Assembly: GCF_022045235.1 (NCBI RefSeq)
Contig: NW_027266275.1
Span: forward strand, 26,350,001-26,414,000
From: Haliotis cracherodii
Lineage: Eukaryota
DNA: 64,000 nt
Reading direction: 5' to 3'
The notes under the pieces: model-generated
The model's input: only the letters and a program-made list of their open reading frames with translations
Database searches by the model: none
What the model was told of the DNA's origin: nothing
In this document: piece after piece, positions 61,850-64,000 of the stretch
Layout: every line of letters starts with the position of its first letter
Numbering within the stretch: the first letter of the stretch is position 1
Position numbers and translations under genes: made by a program

Positions 61850-61964
61850 TTCAACTTTATGGAAGTTAAGCAGTGTTTAACTGTTGAAGCTTTCATTCGA
61901 GCTTAAACAGCCATCTTGTCAACAAGACGAAATCTTCACGCCAGTATACATCTTGAATCTGATC

Positions 61965-62471
61965 ATGGGAACCCGAACAAATGACAAGTATGTATTTTTT
62001 TACACCAGAACTTCAGTGTTTAGTCAACATTGTTCTACTGAGATTGTTATTGAAGGAATAGCATTTAACTGTGCTGAGCAGTATTACATGTATTAAAAAG
62101 CTTGTATGCTCAGAGATTGGGAAACTGTGCATAAGATTTTAAAGTGTGTTTCTGCTGCCGAACAAAAACGTTTAGGTAGAAGTGAGAGATGTTTTAATCA
62201 ACGTCAATGGGATGTTGTGAGTTCCAATGTGGTGTATGCAGCATCTTCAGCTAAATTCAAACAGTCTGTTTTTCTGAAGAAACAACTGTTAGACACTTTT
62301 CCCAAGATCTTGATAGAAGCGAGTCCATATGATCGTGTGTGGGTTGTGGGTCTATCACTGCATGACCCTAATATTCTTAATCCATCTGAATGGAAAGGCA
62401 GTAATAGACTTGGTCAGATCTTAATGATGGTTAGAAATGAAATAATGAACACAGAGCCAAGTGAAAACTGA
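61965..62471 (+). pseudogene. NADAR/YbiA-family hydrolase, ~168 codons, with an in-frame TAA at 62094-62096
   Basis: Track ORFs 61884..62096 and 62106..62471 are the same frame. Motifs: FSQH, FNCAEQYYMY*KA, QKRLGR, AKFKQ, LIEASPYDRVW, WKGSNRLGQILMMVR. The stop replaces the usual Gln of YQKA (CAA>TAA). Confidence 0.9.
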
Positions 62472-62516
62472 TGGCTTTAAATGTGTTACAGTGATTTAAC
62501 TTGCTATTTTGAACAG

Positions 62517-63132
62517 AGGCAAGAAAACTACATTCTACTCGTGGAAGCATTTCATGCGGATGCCACACACTCTAAATGAGCCAATCATAACACGATCGCC
62601 TGGGTGGTTTCAAGATAGGGAAGAATGCGAGAAAGATGCAAAGAGAAAATTTAAAGATGAATACAAGGCAACAAAGAGAGTCATTATCAAGAAGATGAAA
62701 ACCTTACCACACAACGCTGATGAAGTAGATATGGCTACAAAACTGAAACAAGCAGAGGACCTTCTCACGTTGAGTTACTCTTTAGAAGTGAGTAAAACGA
62801 TCAGCCAGCTCGTGTGTGAAATGTGTATTCCTTGTTTGTTTGATGAAGAAGGTGATCCAATCTTTTTGGGAGAACATTCTTGTCGCATGTCGGAGCAGGA
62901 GCAGGTGGATAAATACTTCAACGCGGCACTTGAGGATAAGGACAATGAACTGGTAATAGGAAAATGGATGAAACTTGTGACTGATGATCCACATCTGTGC
63001 ACAATGCCTGCTTTCCATTTAGTTCCTTACCACTGTAAGGACTATCGTGACAATACATTCAAATCACCTGAATGGGTGAATGGTTTAAAGCAATGCGTTG
63101 TAAAAATGTTGAAGTTGCAAAAACGCTTGTAG
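62517..63132 (+). CDS. Unknown element-associated protein with a CxxCxxC...HxC motif; probably spliced to leader exon 61965..61987 (212 aa)
   Basis: Open 205-codon frame with no ATG at its 5' end, preceded by branch/pyrimidine/CAG acceptor at 62516. AATAAA follows at 63209-63214. Confidence 0.65.
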
Positions 63133-63208
63133 ACTGTTTCCATGTCATATTATTTATCAGTACCAAATGAAATGTGTGTGTGTGTACTTTAGCAATATTC
63201 ATACTATG

Positions 63209-63214
63209 AATAAA
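63209..63214 (+). terminator. Polyadenylation signal for the NADAR/unknown-ORF unit
   Basis: AATAAA 77 bp after the stop at 63132, followed by a T-rich tract. Confidence 0.5.
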
Positions 63215-63313
63215 ACATAAATTATGCTTACATCTTTCTTTGTCTTCCTTTGATAGTTATCTAATGGTTGTTCTTTAATAGGCGTCTGTTGTCAGTGCTT
63301 CTCTCATTTCAAC

Positions 63314-64000
63314 ATGAAGCCACAACAGAGAAAGGTGCTAACAAAGAAACAGGAGAAGATGTTAGAAAGTTACTATTTTAACCCGCTTGAACCGGGAGCT
63401 TTTTATGGTCCTGAGAAACTTCATAGCATTCTGAAATTAGCTCGTCAACAAGATCTCAGACTGAGCACTGTGAAACGTTTTCTGAACAAACAGGACGCCT
63501 ACAGTTTACACAACCACCCAAACAGAGATTCAAAAGGCTGAGAGTTCGAGTGAATTTTATAAATGAAATGTTTGATGTAGATTTGACCGACATGACTCGT
63601 TACAGCAAGGAGAATAATGGCGTGAGTTATTTACTGGTGGCTATTGACATACTAAGTAGGTTTGCTTTTGCCCTGCCTTTAACAAATAAGATACCAGAGA
63701 CAGTACTGAAAGCTTTCAAAGAAATAAATCAGGAACGAAATCCAATGAAAGTGCGTGTGGCTGGTGGTTCAGAGTTTAAAGGAGTATTTAAAGATTTTTT
63801 AGAAAAACACAATATCACTCTGACTGTTGCACATAATGAAAATATCAAAAGTAATTATGTGGAACGATTCAACAGAACACTGAAATCACTTATTACGCAT
63901 TACTTGACCCATAATAACACCAAGTATTATTTAGATGCACTGCCCAAGTTGATGGGCAATTATAACAACACCTTACATTCTTCTTTGCCCAACCTTGCAC
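63314..64000 (+). pseudogene. Polinton/Maverick-type retroviral-like (rve, DDE) integrase, frameshifted, truncated by window end
   Basis: YYFNPLEPGAFYGPEKL...FLNKQDAYSLH, then a 1-nt deletion at ~63512, then PPKQRFKRLRV...FDVDLTDM...YLLVAIDILSRF...VRVAGGSEF...VERFNRTLK...YNNTLHSS. Confidence 0.92.

Larger units (their letters stand above)
61321..64000 (+). mobile_element. End of a Polinton/Maverick-like element (degenerate; continues beyond the window); left boundary tentative
   Basis: Compact ORF cluster ending in a Polinton-type rve integrase, preceded by a tandem array and an AGTAG-starting candidate terminus. No pPolB, ATPase or capsid gene is visible in the window. Confidence 0.7.

Noticed and set aside
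62094-62096. Programmed stop-codon readthrough in NADAR
   Set aside because: TAA-A is a poor readthrough context, and other lesions (WG>WV, integrase frameshift and D>A) point to ordinary decay.
63261-63313. Acceptor-like ctaat...ttctttaatag (63281) joining the integrase to the NADAR leader exon
   Set aside because: Joining to the phase-2 donor at 61987 is out of frame with the integrase ATG; it would need another donor, and I have no support for one.

Overview
Eukaryotic (animal) genomic DNA, AT-rich and dense in SINEs, MITEs and minisatellites. The repeat families suggest a gastropod mollusc such as abalone (inference). Two assembly gaps are present (18606-18744, 54630-54765). I reconstructed three intron-containing host genes by hand, with consistent GT-AG sites and phases. 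(1) A C2orf68/UPF0561 homolog on the minus strand, 3 exons visible (5343 to 1222), with the last exon apparently outside the window. (2) USP39, the tri-snRNP pseudo-deubiquitinase, head-to-head with it: 14 exons, 5688-21907, 528 aa. (3) An EFCAB6-like multi-EF-hand gene: 15 exons, 28625-58653, about 944 aa. The last ~2.7 kb is a compact block that looks like the end of a Polinton/Maverick-type endogenous virus-like element. It holds a 33-bp tandem array, a NADAR (YbiA-like ADP-ribosyl/N-glycosyl hydrolase) gene with one nonsense codon, an unknown Cys/His protein, and a frameshifted Polinton-type rve integrase running off the window. The NADAR frame sits inside a predicted in-frame intron of the unknown gene, so one ATG could give two proteins. 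All long ORFs in the supplied track at 22.9-25.2, 33.8-35.4, 52.6-53.9 and 56.9-57.5 kb are minisatellite artefacts.
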